Below are positions 23,196-36,004 of a stretch of 64,000 nucleotides of DNA, piece by piece. Each line of letters starts with the position of its first letter. Position 1 is the first letter of the stretch. Below the pieces are notes generated by a model. That model made no database searches and was not told the origin of the DNA. It saw nothing but the letters and a program-made list of their open reading frames with translations. Source of the DNA: Azolla caroliniana (lineage: Eukaryota > Plantae > Polypodiophyta); contig JBHGNT010000006.1 of assembly GCA_043228905.1 (NCBI GenBank), positions 11,904,001 to 11,968,000 of the forward strand, written 5' to 3'. Position numbers and translations under genes: made by a program.

Positions 23196-23945
23196 TTATA
23201 TAAGCAGAGCCAAAACACATTACTTCATATTTTTGTGTTTGGAGCACTGGATGACGAAGGTGATTTGGGCTGAATTGTGTGGATGATTTGCTTGGAGTTC
23301 ATTTTGGGTCGCGGCCTGATTTGCCACGGCGCACAACACGGTTCGGTGGAGGCGTGCACGGCTCGGTCGGGACATGCGTGCGTGCGTGTTCGGTCGCGAT
23401 TCACGTACGGATTACGCACAGGCCGAACTTTATGGATGATTGGATCATATGGCCGAATATAGGGACATCGCACGCAACTAAAACTGGACACATGCAACTA
23501 AAAGTAGAGGCCATGCAACCAAAAGTAGATGCATGCAACTAAAGTAAAGTTCATGTGTGGACGCATGTAACTGAACATCAAGGGCCATGATCAACGAAGG
23601 ACTCCTTATATATTCCACTCGTTTTTCTCTCCATTTTTTTTGGCTTCTCTTCTCTCGATTCTTTGGGGAAAACAATCTCTCATATTCATATCGAACCACT
23701 CCTTATCTGGTGGCTGAATCCTTTCTTTTAAAATTATCTCTCATTTTCATATCCAATCCATTCTAACACGATTCTTATATTATAAAAGAATCTATTATTT
23801 TGATATAAACAAATGTTTTCTTTCACCTATATGTCTTATGTGTAAATCTTGCTTGTGTTGTACAAGTGAGCCCTAAATCCTTCCAGTCCATAACCCCGAC
23901 GGTTCCGCCTCACAATCCACACATAGTGATGGATTTTTTACGACA
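23196..23945 (+). mobile_element. 3' part of an LTR related to the solo LTR 25969-27300
   Basis: Shares CAACTAAAAGTAGAGGCCATGCAAC and ATGATCAA...ACTCC motifs with 26800-26860 and ends ...TTTTTACGACA at 23945. Confidence 0.65.
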
Positions 23946-25968
23946 ACGCTGTCGTAGTGTATTCCACACACTACGTGAAAACCATACAATAATATATCCG
24001 ATTTTAGATACATATAAATAAATAAATAATATATCAAAATATTTATCACGTGCATAGGGCAAGATTCCAACCCTGCACCTCCACATAGATAAACCCCAAC
24101 TTTACCATTGTAATAACTTATCTTTAGTGTTATACATATAGATTTAATACATATAAGACCTTTATTTACACATACCTTTATTAAAAGGTAAAAACCATGT
24201 ATTCTTTAGGGTGTGAATATTTTATTTACACGTGACATTAAAAGTGACTCATGCACATCTAGAGTGCATGAGCCCTATACTTAGGAAATGACAAAGCATC
24301 ACATGCACATTTAGTGTGCATGGACACTTTTGGTGAAAAAGCATGAAGCCATGCTTAGCCTCTTCCATCTTTATATAAGGAGGAGAGAAATATGTATAAG
24401 GTTGTTGATTAATATACAAGGATTGATCAATCTAATATATTCGTGGGATTCACGAATTTTGCCATCTAAATTACTCTTATAATCTAAATATTGTTTTAAA
24501 TACACTAAACTCGTGGGATTCACGAGATTGCTATCTTACTTCTCTTTATACTATTCATAACTAGCCTTAAGTTGTATTTCTCATCCTCCTAGTCCAAAAC
24601 CTCGGCGGTTCCCATCCGACTCACGCAACGATCCGGAGCCGAAAGGCACGACACAGTTGGTGAACCCGACGTGAAAACCGGGTGGCAAGGAGATGGAAAA
24701 TCAACCGGAGGCTAGCAACATGATGATGATGTTCGAGCGCATGCTACAAGAACAACGCGCGATGTCGGAGATAGCGGCATCAGTGGAGTGGCTCGTGCAA
24801 CGAAACGGGAAATTCAACGGGAAAGACGTGTCGCGGTATCTTCGGGACTACAAGGCGGAGATGCTACGGTGCGGAATATCGGAAGGACTGCAAGTGACGT
24901 CCTTCAACCGGGTGGCGACCGACGGGCTTCAAGCAAGCATCCATGGGCTACAACAGCAAAATCCGACATGGGAGGCGTTTGAAGAAGAGCTAAAGAGGAT
25001 GTTCGCCATCGAGGATTCCTCCAAGGCGACGCGAAGGGGATTCGAAGATTGGGTGGAGACGCCGGACAAGGGATTGAAGGTCGTTGATGTGTTTTCGGCA
25101 TTCGAAAGCCGGTTCGGGAGGTTGTCCGCGAGAGATCAAGCTATCCTCGTACCGGACAAGGTGATCATGTTCTTGCGAGCCGTGGACGTCCGGGACCGGA
25201 AAGATCTCGGAGTGCTCTTGGAGGACATGACCACGGAGAGTGGCCTCACCGAAACATGGGAAAGCATGCGGGATATCGTCGCGCGATACACGAAGAGGGG
25301 GCAATGGCTTGCCAACGAGGAAAAGAGGGTTTCGGAACCGATTCCGAAACCGAGAACCGGATTGGAAGACCATCAACCGAGGGCTCGGGAGACTACAACC
25401 GAGAAGGGGATTGATGCATCTACGGTGGAGCAACTATTGAAGGAGATGGAGAATCTGAAGATCACGATGGTGAAGAAGTCGGATGACCGCCCCATAAGCT
25501 CCAAGTATACGGACCGACGGTGCATATGGTGCGATAGCGCCGAACACGATCGGAGGGATTGCGACGAGCATAAGGAGGCGCTACGGCGGGATCTCATCTA
25601 CTACGAGGGAAACCGGATTCATTCGATGGACTCTCAGAAGCCACTCCGACCGAACTTCCGGAAAGGCGGCATGAAGAAGGTGCTCGAGGAGGAATTGGCG
25701 GCAAGAAGCAACTATGCGACAACCGCGGGAATATGTGTCGAGGAGTCATCGAGCGCAAAGACGTCTTTTTGGCCGGAAGTTCTAGAAAACACCGAGAAAA
25801 CCGACTCCAACGAGATCCGAAGCACCGCGGAAGGCGTCCGGGAAGCTACGGGATGGGAGTGCCCTGTCGACAAGAATAGCGTATACGCCCTATGTCAATT
25901 GCATGAGGTGTATGTGGACGAGAAACGACGACGCATGGAGGATGCGGCCGAGCCATCGAAGATACCGG

Positions 25969-27300
25969 TGTCGTGTGAATCTTCACACACTGTAAAAAAA
26001 TAATGAAATAATTATTATAGATTAGATTAGTAGCTTACTATAGAAAGATGGATATACTCAAGAGCTTGAAAATGTATTTTACTATATACAAAATGGAGAA
26101 ATACATATCAAGTTATGAGAAAATGAAGTTTGATTAGATAGAGAAATTAGAATTATCCCACATAGATAGGAAAGTTAAGGCCCTGGCTATATAAACACCT
26201 TGAGCTCCCTCATTTTTCATTTGTGCTAAGAGCACTTTGGCCACTTTGTCTTGATGGATGATGGTGGCCAAAGTCCCTAAAACCGGAAACCGGCCGGTAA
26301 GCAAATCCGGATAACGGGTCCGGTAAGCAAATCTAGAAATTGGCCGGTATGCAATCTGGAAACCGCTCGGTATGCAAAACCGGAACCGGCCGGCAAGCAA
26401 AACCGGAACTGGAACGGGTATGCAAACCGGAAACCGGTTGGTAAGCAAAACCAGAACTGGCCGGCAAGCAAAATCGGAAACGGGCCGGTAAGCAAAACCT
26501 GAACCCGCCGGCAAGCAAAACCGGAAACCGGCCGGTAAGCAAAACTGGAACCAAAACCGGCAAGCAAATCGGAACCGGCCGGCAAGCAAAATCGGAACCG
26601 GAACCGACCAGCAAGCAAAATGGAACCGGCTACCAGACGAGTTTGGACGCGGACGGACGAAAGATTGGATCATGCAACAAACTAAAGTAAAGTGAAGAGA
26701 ACTAAAGTAAAGGCCATGTGGACGCAAGCAACTAAAGAAGGAGTGCATGGAAAAAGTAAAGGTCATGTGAACAGTCACATGCAACAAAAAGAAAAAGCTA
26801 GGCAACTAAAAGTAGAGGCCATGCAACAAAAAGTGGAAAGGCTATGATCAAGGGAGAACTCCATATTTATTCCATTTTTTTTCCTACACTAGGACTTACT
26901 CTCCATATTATCTTAATTTTCTTCTCAACTCCCTTATCTTAGGGAGCCATAACTCTCATAAACCCTAAAATTCCTTACGGGAGCCATAACACTCAAAAAC
27001 CCTAATCTTCCCTACGGAAGCCATAATACTCATATAACCTAATCCTAATCTTCCCTACGGAAGCCATATCTACCAAAACCCCTAATTTTTCTTTTCTATT
27101 AATCTTAGTAAACCTAAAACTTCTAAATCCCAATCTTGGGACATATTGTAATTTCTTTTTCCTTTGTTAATGAAAATTATTAAATTTCTTCTTTCTGTTA
27201 TTTGTTAAAAAATATAAATGTACGAATGTGATTATCCTCTTGTCGGAGGCCCTGGGGTCTTGCCTCAACGTTCACGTATCCTCGTCGTATTTTCGCGACA
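25969..27300 (+). mobile_element. Solo LTR (1332 bp) with 4-bp TSD CCGG
   Basis: TGTCGTGTG...TTCGCGACA flanked by CCGG at 25965-25968 and 27301-27304. Removing it restores the gag reading frame. TATA-like CTATATAAA at about 26188. Confidence 0.92.
26279..26635 (+). repeat. Tandem ~24-bp repeat array (AAAACCGGAAACCGGCCGGTAAGC-like) inside the solo LTR; a second ~38-bp array lies at about 26942-27085
   Basis: Directly visible degenerate tandem units; the second array unit is GGGAGCCATAAC...AAACCCTAA...CCTAC. Confidence 0.85.
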
Positions 27301-30300
27301 CCGGAAAGCTGGAACTCCGGAGGTAAGGGAAAAGAAAAGGCGACTCCGGCATTCAAGCTCGCCTCGGACATAGAACAACAAACCGACTTGAAAAGAGTGT
27401 TCGAGGAAAGAATCTTGGATAGCCGGGTAGATTTCTCGCTTCGGGAGCTACTCAGAATAGCAAAGAAGGAGTTCCACAATCTTCTCGTGGATCTCGTGAA
27501 GCGAAAAAGACAAAGTACGAAGGAAAATGCTCCAAGGGTGAATGCGAACACCGTTTTAATGAACGACACCGAAGTGGAGAACGAAATTCCGAACTCCCAC
27601 TATACAAGGCCACATTGGGCACGCGCGACTACGTAGACTCCGGTCCGAATCGGCAACATCAAAGAACCCGTGCTAGCATTGATTGATCACGGATCGGAGA
27701 TCAACTTGATGTCCAAGGAATTCTACCGGAAGGGGAAGTGGCCTATTAACAACAGAAGATCTATTTGCGGCTTGTCCAGATGTGACGGTGAAGATCAGGG
27801 ATGTCAAGATCGACCAAAATTTCTTCGTGCAAGATGAGGTTTCACATTCCGTCATCCTCGGCCAACCCTTTATCACGGCATCACGGATGGAGACGAAGGT
27901 GCTCGATAGCGGTGCGGCTTTTGCGCGAATTCGGAGCCAAAATGGTGGGAAATCCGTCCAATTCCTAACGGTGCCGGCAAATCACGAAAGGAACAAGAGG
28001 GAACTCTTGTCCCAAGTGAGAATGGATTTTTAAAGTGGATTGTTGCGGAGTGGGGAAGTGATAGTCCGAGAAGCCTTGATACCCCACACAGGAAGAAAAC
28101 TCTCGGAGCAAAACATGTACGAATCGGTCCGGATGGGGCATCTACATACACGACCGTAACCGGAGGATTGAAGAAAGGATACCGACAAGTGGAGGATAAG
28201 TTGCGGTCGGCATCAATAATAAAAGGAGATGAAGAAATCGTGGGGATAGTCGAAGAAGTGTTCTATGGGAGCACGCTACAACGACTTGAAGAGCTTGCGG
28301 AAGATAAAAGCCAAGGGAATCGAGTAGTCCCGGTGGAATCGGTCGAGATGTATGAGATCATTGCGAAAATGGAGCCGGATACGCTCCACAAAGAAGAAGC
28401 AATGGTAAGTACGAAATACAAGACCGTGGAGAAGAAGGTGAAACCAGCTGCGGGACCACTACCCGCCGATAGCGAACAAAAGAGGAAAGAAGTCTCGGGA
28501 GATCCGACACTTCGGAAGTCCGTGGATATCGGACATGCCTTCACGGATGAGACCCGGAAGAAACTTCGGATCGGTGGAGGTGGGTTCCTATTACAAAAAG
28601 AAGAAGAACGGTTTCGCGTGATGTTGGAGCAACACGGCAAAGCGTTTGCATTTACATCAAGGGAGATAGGGTGTGTCGATCCGAGAATAGTGGAGCCGAT
28701 GGTGATCTTCACGATTGACCATGTACCGTGGAACCTGAAGCCGATTCCAGTGCCACGAGCGCATATTCCGAAAGTCATTGACTTGCCCAAGGAGAAGGTG
28801 GCGATGGGGATTCTAGAGCCATCAACTGCTCCGTACTCAAATCGATGGTTTACGGTTCCGAAGAAGAATGGGTCACTCCGATTTATCCAAGACTTGCAAC
28901 CGGTGAATAAGGTCACGATCCGGAACTCGGGAGTTGGTCCGATAGTGGACGAATTTGCGGAAGCTTTTGCCGGTCGTGCGATATACTCCATCGGAGACCT
29001 ATACTCGGGGTATGACCAATTCCAACTAGCCGTGGAGAGCCGAGACATCACAACCATGCGAACACCGATAGGATTAGTCCGAATGTGCACACTACCACAA
29101 GGAGCGACAAACTCGGTTGCTCATATGATGAACGCGATGAACAAGGTGCTTCGAGACTGCATTCCAGAGATAACGATGTCGTTCCTCGATGACATTCCGA
29201 TGAAAGGATGCGCGGTAGAAGAAAAAGATGAGACTATGGATGATCGGGGATGCCGAAAGTTCGTGGTCGACCATATTCATGATTGCGAGAAAGTGTTGCG
29301 AAAGCTAAAAGATGTGCACCTAACACTTTCCGGGGAGAAATCGGCATTCGGGCAAGAAGAAATATTGGTGGTCGGACATCTATGTGGGCCCTACGGCCGA
29401 AGACCGTCACCAACAAAGATCGACGTGATTCAAGCTATGGAGGAAGTATGTGAGTCAACATCCGAAGTCCGAAGGTTTCTCGGTGCATGTGCATTCTATC
29501 ACATATGGATTCCGCACTATGCACATATAGCGGACCCGCTCTACCACTTGTTGCGGAAAGGTAAGAAATTCGAATGGAAACCGGAACACACCAAAGCCAT
29601 GAAGAAATTGAAGAAGACACTTCGGAGGGCGGAAGCACTTAAGAAGCCGAGCTACGACCGACCGATCATAGTAACGGTTGATACAAGTCCAACCGGTATC
29701 GGGTGGGTCATCAATCAAGCCGACTCGGATGGTTCGCGGTATCCGATCTGATTCGGAGCAAAAGTTCTCAACGAAAGGCAACGTGGATATGCACAAGTCA
29801 AAAGAGAACTGTGGGGAGTCGTGTCAGCGATAAAATCGGATCGGGATTATTTGATCGGAGCCGAAGTGGTGATCGAGACGGATTGTCTTCCGATACTCGG
29901 GATGATGCGGTGTTGTACGATACCGGATGTAGCTATGCTAAGGTGGATTGCATATGTCAAGTCGCTTAATCCGGAGGTTAGACACATCTCGGGGAAGGAC
30001 AACGCAGTAGCGGATATGTTATCAAGGGCTCGGTTCGGAGACGACATAACCGAATTGGATAATGAAGAAGTTTCCGAAGACTACTTTGCGTCGGAACACA
30101 TATGCCGAGTGAACGTAATCCGAGAATTCCGGGAAGAAGAATACGAGGGAGAAAGCTTGATGATCGGAAAGATGTTACAAGAGGCCGAGGATTCAACAAA
30201 CGATAAAGGAAGAAGAGTCGAGATCCGAAGGAAGAAGAGGCAAGTCCAAAAGTTCTTCTTGGAAAACGGATTAATATGGAGGGCGCCGAAAAGACCGGAT

Positions 30301-32330
30301 GGTATACCACTTCGAGTAGTCGAGACAAAAGAGCAACGAAACCGGATAATGTCCGAGTTTCACGAATCCGATTGGGCTGGACACCGAGGAACATGGGCAA
30401 CATTTGTGAAGATCAAGCAAAAATATTGGTGGAAGAAAATGTACAAAGATGTCGCGGAGTTCACGGAAAGCTGCGAGAAATGTCAAGTCTACTCCGAGGT
30501 TCGACATCGAGATGAGTTACATCCGACATTCTCACCGACAATCAACTTCAAGTGGATGGTCGACATAGTGGCCATGCCGACCGGGATCGGACAAAAGAAA
30601 TACTTGGTATTAGCTCGGGAAGATCTCACAAATCAAGTAGAAGGTCGAGCGCTTCAGAGGAAAACGTGTTCCGCGGTATGCCAATTTCTTTTGGAGGAAG
30701 TATTTTGCAGGTACGGGTGCGTAGGACAAGTGATTGCGGACCGGGGAGAACTCGACTCGGACAAAGCTAGGGGATTCTTCGCCAAACACGGAGTTCGGTT
30801 ATCGTTGACAACGGCATACAATCCGGAGGCCAACGGGAAAATCGAACGAGGACATAGTCCGATCGTGGAAGCACTAGCGAAGGCATGCGATGGAAAGGTG
30901 AAGGACTGGTCGTAGATGCTTCCGTATGCACTATGGGCAGATCGGACGACCCATAGCTCCGTAACCGGTTACATGCCGGCAGAACTCATGACCGGACAAG
31001 CACTGGTAATGCCGACGGAAACCGCGATCGCAACATGGACAGTGCTACCATGGAAGGAAGAGATGAGCCAGGAAGAACTATTAGCGGTCCGGATACGACA
31101 ACTAGAGGGAAGACCGGCAGACATAGCGGAAGCAATACGCCGACAACAAGAAGCACGATTCCGAAACAAAAGCCGGTTCGACACAAAGCACCGACCACGA
31201 CCGAGGAGGATTGAAGAAGGAGATTGGGTGATCGTCTATGACAGTAGTTTGGACCATCAACATACAACGATGCGGAAATTCACGAAAAGGTGGTTCGGGC
31301 CATACGAGGTTCAGAAAGTCTTCGACAACAGAACATACCGACTGTCCGAGTTGGATGGAACAATACTACGAGTGCCTATAGCCGGGAAGCGGGTGAAGAT
31401 TTTCAAGAAGCGGACCGACGACAAACCCTATGTGATCCAAGACAAGGCCGACAACGAGGAGCAATCGGAAGAGGACCACGGTGATGCGGGAAGCGAAGAA
31501 AGTGAATTACAACTCATAGTCGACATAAGGGGAGAATCAGAGGAAGCTTTGGGTGAAGACGGATATGAGGAATCGAGAACTTCGGCACATACCAGAGGAT
31601 GTGCGGGTTCGGAGGGGGCGAGTGTCGTAGTGTATTCCACACACTATGTGAAAACCATAAAATAATATATCCGATTTTAGATACATATAAATAAATAAAT
31701 AATATATCAAAATATTTATCACATGCATAGGGCAAGATTCAAACCCTGCACCTCCACATAGATAAACCTCAACTTTACCATTGTAATAACTTATCTTTAG
31801 TGTTATACATGTAGATTTAATACGTATAAGACCTTTATTTACACATACCTTTATTAAAAGGTAAAAATCATGTATTCTTTAGGGTGTGAATATTTTATTT
31901 ACACGTGACATTAAAAGTGACTCATGCACATCTAGAGTGCATGAGCCCTATACTTAGGAAATGACAAAGCATCACATGCACATTTAGTGTGCATGGACAC
32001 TTTTGGTGAAAAAGCATGAAGCCATGCTTAGCCTCTTCCATCTTTATATAAGGAGGAGAGAAATATGTATAAGGTTGTTGATTAATATACAAGGATTGAT
32101 CAATCTAATATATTCGTGGGATTCACGAATTTTGCCATCTAAATTACTCTTATAATCTAAATATTGTTTTAAATACACTAAACTCGTGGGATTCACGAGA
32201 TTGCTATCTTACTTCTCTTTATGCTATTCATAACTAGCCTTAAGTTGTATTCCTCTTCCTCCTAGTCCAAAACCTCGGCGGTTCCCACCCGACTCACGCA
32301 ATGATCCGGAGCCGAAAGGCACGACAACGT

Positions 32331-34550
32331 AGGTCTTATCCTAGCTTGCTCAAGCTCGTGCTTCGCCGACCTCGAATAGTTGCTCTAGCCGCGTTAGTTC
32401 GAACTAGGCTTCAAGTAATTGCACGATTGTCTGCACCCGCAAACTTGGCAGTTGGAATTCATCTGGCATGACTACCTCTAATCCGAACGCCAATCGAAAC
32501 AGAGTCGATTGGATGCTCGTCTTATATGTTGTGCAATATGCCTAGAGAGCACTTTGTAGTTTCTGATCCCAATCCATTCGATTTTCGTTCACAATTTTCT
32601 TTCAGATGCTCTATAGTGTTTTGTTGGTTGATTCGGCTAGACCATTAGCCTAAGGGTATTATGGTGTGCTCTTCTTATGAACCGTGGCGTAGTGATTCGT
32701 GAGGTCATGAACCAATTTATTGATAAAGTGGCCCCCTTGGTCACTTATCAACTCAAGTGGACAAACATACCTACAACAAATATTTTCATAGATGAATTTT
32801 ACCATAGATATGGTTGTGTTGTCCCTAAGTGCCTTCACTTCTACCCACTTGGTGCAATAATCGATCGTGACAATGATGTAACTATTTCCACTTTGTGCGG
32901 CAACCGGTTTGAATGGTCCAAAAAAATCGAAGGCCCACTTTTAAAAGGTCTCGAGTGCCAGCATTGGCTAATGAGGCATTCATGCTCGTTCTGTCAGTTG
33001 TCCCATTCGTTGGCATAAGTCTCATTGTCAACAGAACTTCACCGTGTCCCTTTGCGTCTTTGCGTTGTCGGCCACCATAGGCCACTCTGCCATACTTTGT
33101 AAGCCTCTCTAACATATGCCCGCTTGTTATGTCGTAATGCCCTTCTCATAGGATTGCATCTTTTTCGAATTGTTGAACCGCTCAGCACCAGATGCTGTCT
33201 ACGCTCTTGTCATACAACGTGTCGTGGAGTATGCAGAATTGTTGGCTTCAGACTGCCAATCACTTCTTCTCATCAAGTGCCATGTCGAAAGGTGGTAGGC
33301 CCTAGGTGAGGAAGCATATCATGTTTTCCATCCATTTGTCCTTGGCATCCTGGTTCCGATAACCGGAATCGGCCGAGTGGATTCGGAAAATTTCCCCATC
33401 TGGGAAATCGTCATGTACGCCGACAATTGTGTTAGAGTTATGTTCTAATGTAAGCATGAGATAAGGATATAATAGATATAAAATAAGAAAGGAGAGAGAA
33501 AAAGAAGGGTGTCGATCCACCCGACCACCCCCGAGCGAAGGGATCAAGACGGACTCAAGCCTCGATCGGCGTCCCATACCACCGTCGTACGTCGAATCGT
33601 ACTTGGTGTTGGCGCGCTCTCTACAAGAGTTGACCCACCATAATCTTAGAGTCTCGACGTAGTCGATAATGTGTCAAATGAGGGTAGCTAGGCCTCATAT
33701 TTATAGCTAAACCTAAGGCCCCCAGGCAACTTCACACTTGGCCTAATGGGTTGTCTCAATCCCGATGATTAAAAGTAATCCTCCCCTTCTTTACACTCTC
33801 GTTTAACCCTCACACTTTATCCATGTGTATAGAATACTACGGTAAATTCTCACCACAGGATATTATATGGTCATGCCCGTAACAAGTTGTCTCCCTAGAT
33901 TCAAGTCGACTCAAATAGTTGGCTACCGCGTGTTGTACTCTTGGCCTATGCTAGATATCAAAGTCAAATTCTTGTAATAGTAGCATCCATCTAGCCAATT
34001 AGCCGTTTAATGATTGTTTCGTGACCAGGTACAGGAGCATCAAGTGATCGACATGAAAAGTGAACTTTCGGCCGAGTAGGTAATATGTCGAAACTTGGTA
34101 GTACTATAGATCATGCCGAGGGCCTCTCTCTCGGTGGTCAAATAATTCTTTTCTGTTGCCAAGAGTCTCCAGCTGGAATAATACACCGGTCTATACCAAT
34201 AAGGTATAGTCAGCTGCATCAACGCACTACCGATTGTTGTGTCGGAAGCATCGATGAACACATGGAAGGGTTTTTTCCAGACGGGTGGTTGGACGATGGG
34301 TACTTTTGATAGCATTATTTTTAGGGCGTTGTATGCCTCATCCACAGTGGGGGTCAAGTGAAACAAAGTCAGCCAAGTAGCTTAGCATTCGTCTATGCAA
34401 CCGAATTTGTCCTAGGAATTGACTCAAGGCTTTCGTGTTTTTTTGGCGCTGGATCCTCAATTATGGCTTTGACTTTGTTGGGATCCACCACAATCCCTTC
34501 TCTGTTGACTATGTGTCTGAGTAGTGCCCCGCTAGCAACACCGAATGTGT
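32331..34550 (-). mobile_element. Highly degenerate Athila/Tat-like pol remnant (RT end, RNase H, integrase), related to 9400-10783
   Basis: Minus-strand KVPIVQPPVWKKPFHVFIDASD, EKNYLTTEREALGMIYS and GIVVDPNKVKAI. Confidence 0.8.
33430..33884 (-). mobile_element. Solo LTR of the 14902-19353 family
   Basis: The reverse complement aligns to the 455-bp LTR (TGTTACGGGCATGACC...CTAACA). TSD AATTG/AGTTG with one mismatch. Confidence 0.9.
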
Positions 34551-34871
34551 TGAGAATCGATCTGGCCACAACCAATTGGCATGTATATATATATAAGAGT
34601 GCAAAGATTGAGAAGACAAGAAAAAACAGAAAACAAACAACTCAAGTACAGAGAGACAAGTATGTAACGTGGAAAACCCGAGAAAGGGAAAAACCACGGG
34701 GAGTTCACAAACCCCGAATAGAATCATTATGATGGGAGGAGTACAACAAGAAGCTTCAAGGCAATGACCTTGAAGTTCTTCTTCGTCAAACAAACGGCAG
34801 CTGAGTTACAACTATCATACCACGTAAAGCATTATGGAAGTTCTATCAAAGACCGTTAAGCAAGATATAAT

Positions 34872-34873
<2 letters not shown>

Positions 34874-34914
<41 letters not shown>
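34874..34914. repeat. (GA)n microsatellite
   Basis: Directly visible; others lie at 41127-41173, 45808-45842 and 48018-48056. Confidence 0.97.
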
Positions 34915-34918
<4 letters not shown>

Positions 34919-36004
34919 AAGATATATTAACGTCTTCTAAGGCCAAAATTGGCCCATGAGACAAATGGTTTACAACAAAAAATGGGATATTTACCCATTC
35001 ATCGAAAGTAAAAAATAAAAATAAAAATAGAGTTTTAAGCTAAATAGTTCTAGTAAAATAAAATAACAAACATTTTCTACAATGAAAATGATGTTATACT
35101 AGGCCTAATTTTATTTTCATCCAAGTCTCTCGAAGAGAAGCGGGAGGTCAAAGGGTTTCAATGTGGATGTGGCCCGTGGCCCCAATGTAAAAGGTACCCC
35201 AACCATAGCTTCTAGTCGACGTAGCTAGCAATGGGCGCGGTTCGGTTTCGGTTCGGTTCGGTTTCTTGACCTTGAAACCAAACCAAACCAAACCAAACCG
35301 GTTATTCAGAATAAAAACCAAACCAAACCATTTAAAAAATGTGAAGCCATTTAAACCAAACTATTTAAGCCAAACCATTTAAACCAAACCGTTTAATAGG
35401 TATGAGAAACCAAACTATTTAAAACCAAACCGTTTATGTAAAATGTAGAACCAAACCGAACCGGTTTACCAAAAATCAAAACCAAACCAGTGTATCAAAC
35501 ATCAAAACCAAACCAAACCAAATTGGTTTTGACATAATCCAAGCAACACGAAACAATAAATTGTACCAAATCAAAGACTAGAACACTATAAAATAACAAA
35601 AATTCACAACACATTTTTTGAAAATTGTTAATTTGTGAAACATGATAAGATATTACATAAAAAGATAAATGTTTTTTGGAATGATAACAAAAATCCATAC
35701 AATAGAGTTCCAAAATTCCATACAATAGAGTTCCAAATTTCCAATTAAGAACAACAATCCATATAATAGAGTTCCAATTTTCCAAATCCATAGGACCGTA
35801 TATGTAAACTTAATCCAACTTTTTGTTTCCAATATTTGAATAAGGGATTCCTGAAAGTATAAAATATACAAAAGAATTAAGTAATTCATAATAACAAATT
35901 TAAAGAATCGACTAAAAACAAAATAGTAAACAACATGTAATAAAAATTACAATGACTTTGAAGATCTCCAATTGCAACCACTATTGTCGTTAACATGTCA
36001 AAAA

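Larger units (their letters stand above)
24693..31665 (+). pseudogene. gag-protease / RT-RNaseH-integrase polyprotein genes, mildly decayed
   Basis: CIWCDSAEHDRRDC knuckle; LIDHGSEIN protease; RT DLYSGYDQF and FLDD; RH VDTSPTGIG; IN GHRG..CEKC, WMVDIV, IADRG, NGKIERGH, WFGPY. Stops at about 27634, 29749 and 30913. Confidence 0.9.
23950..32326 (+). mobile_element. Full-length tRNA-Trp-primed Ty3/gypsy element without chromodomain; 704-bp LTRs at 23950-24653 and 31623-32326
   Basis: TGTCG...CGACA LTR pair, Trp PBS at 24658, PPT GGAGGGGGCGAG, TSD ACGC/ACGT. Gag-PR-RT-RH-IN present with a few stops; a solo LTR is nested at 25969-27300. Confidence 0.95.

Noticed and set aside
26134-26805. Repetitive ORFs (FCLPAG...) on the minus strand
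   Set aside because: They are translations of the ~24-bp tandem repeat inside a solo LTR.
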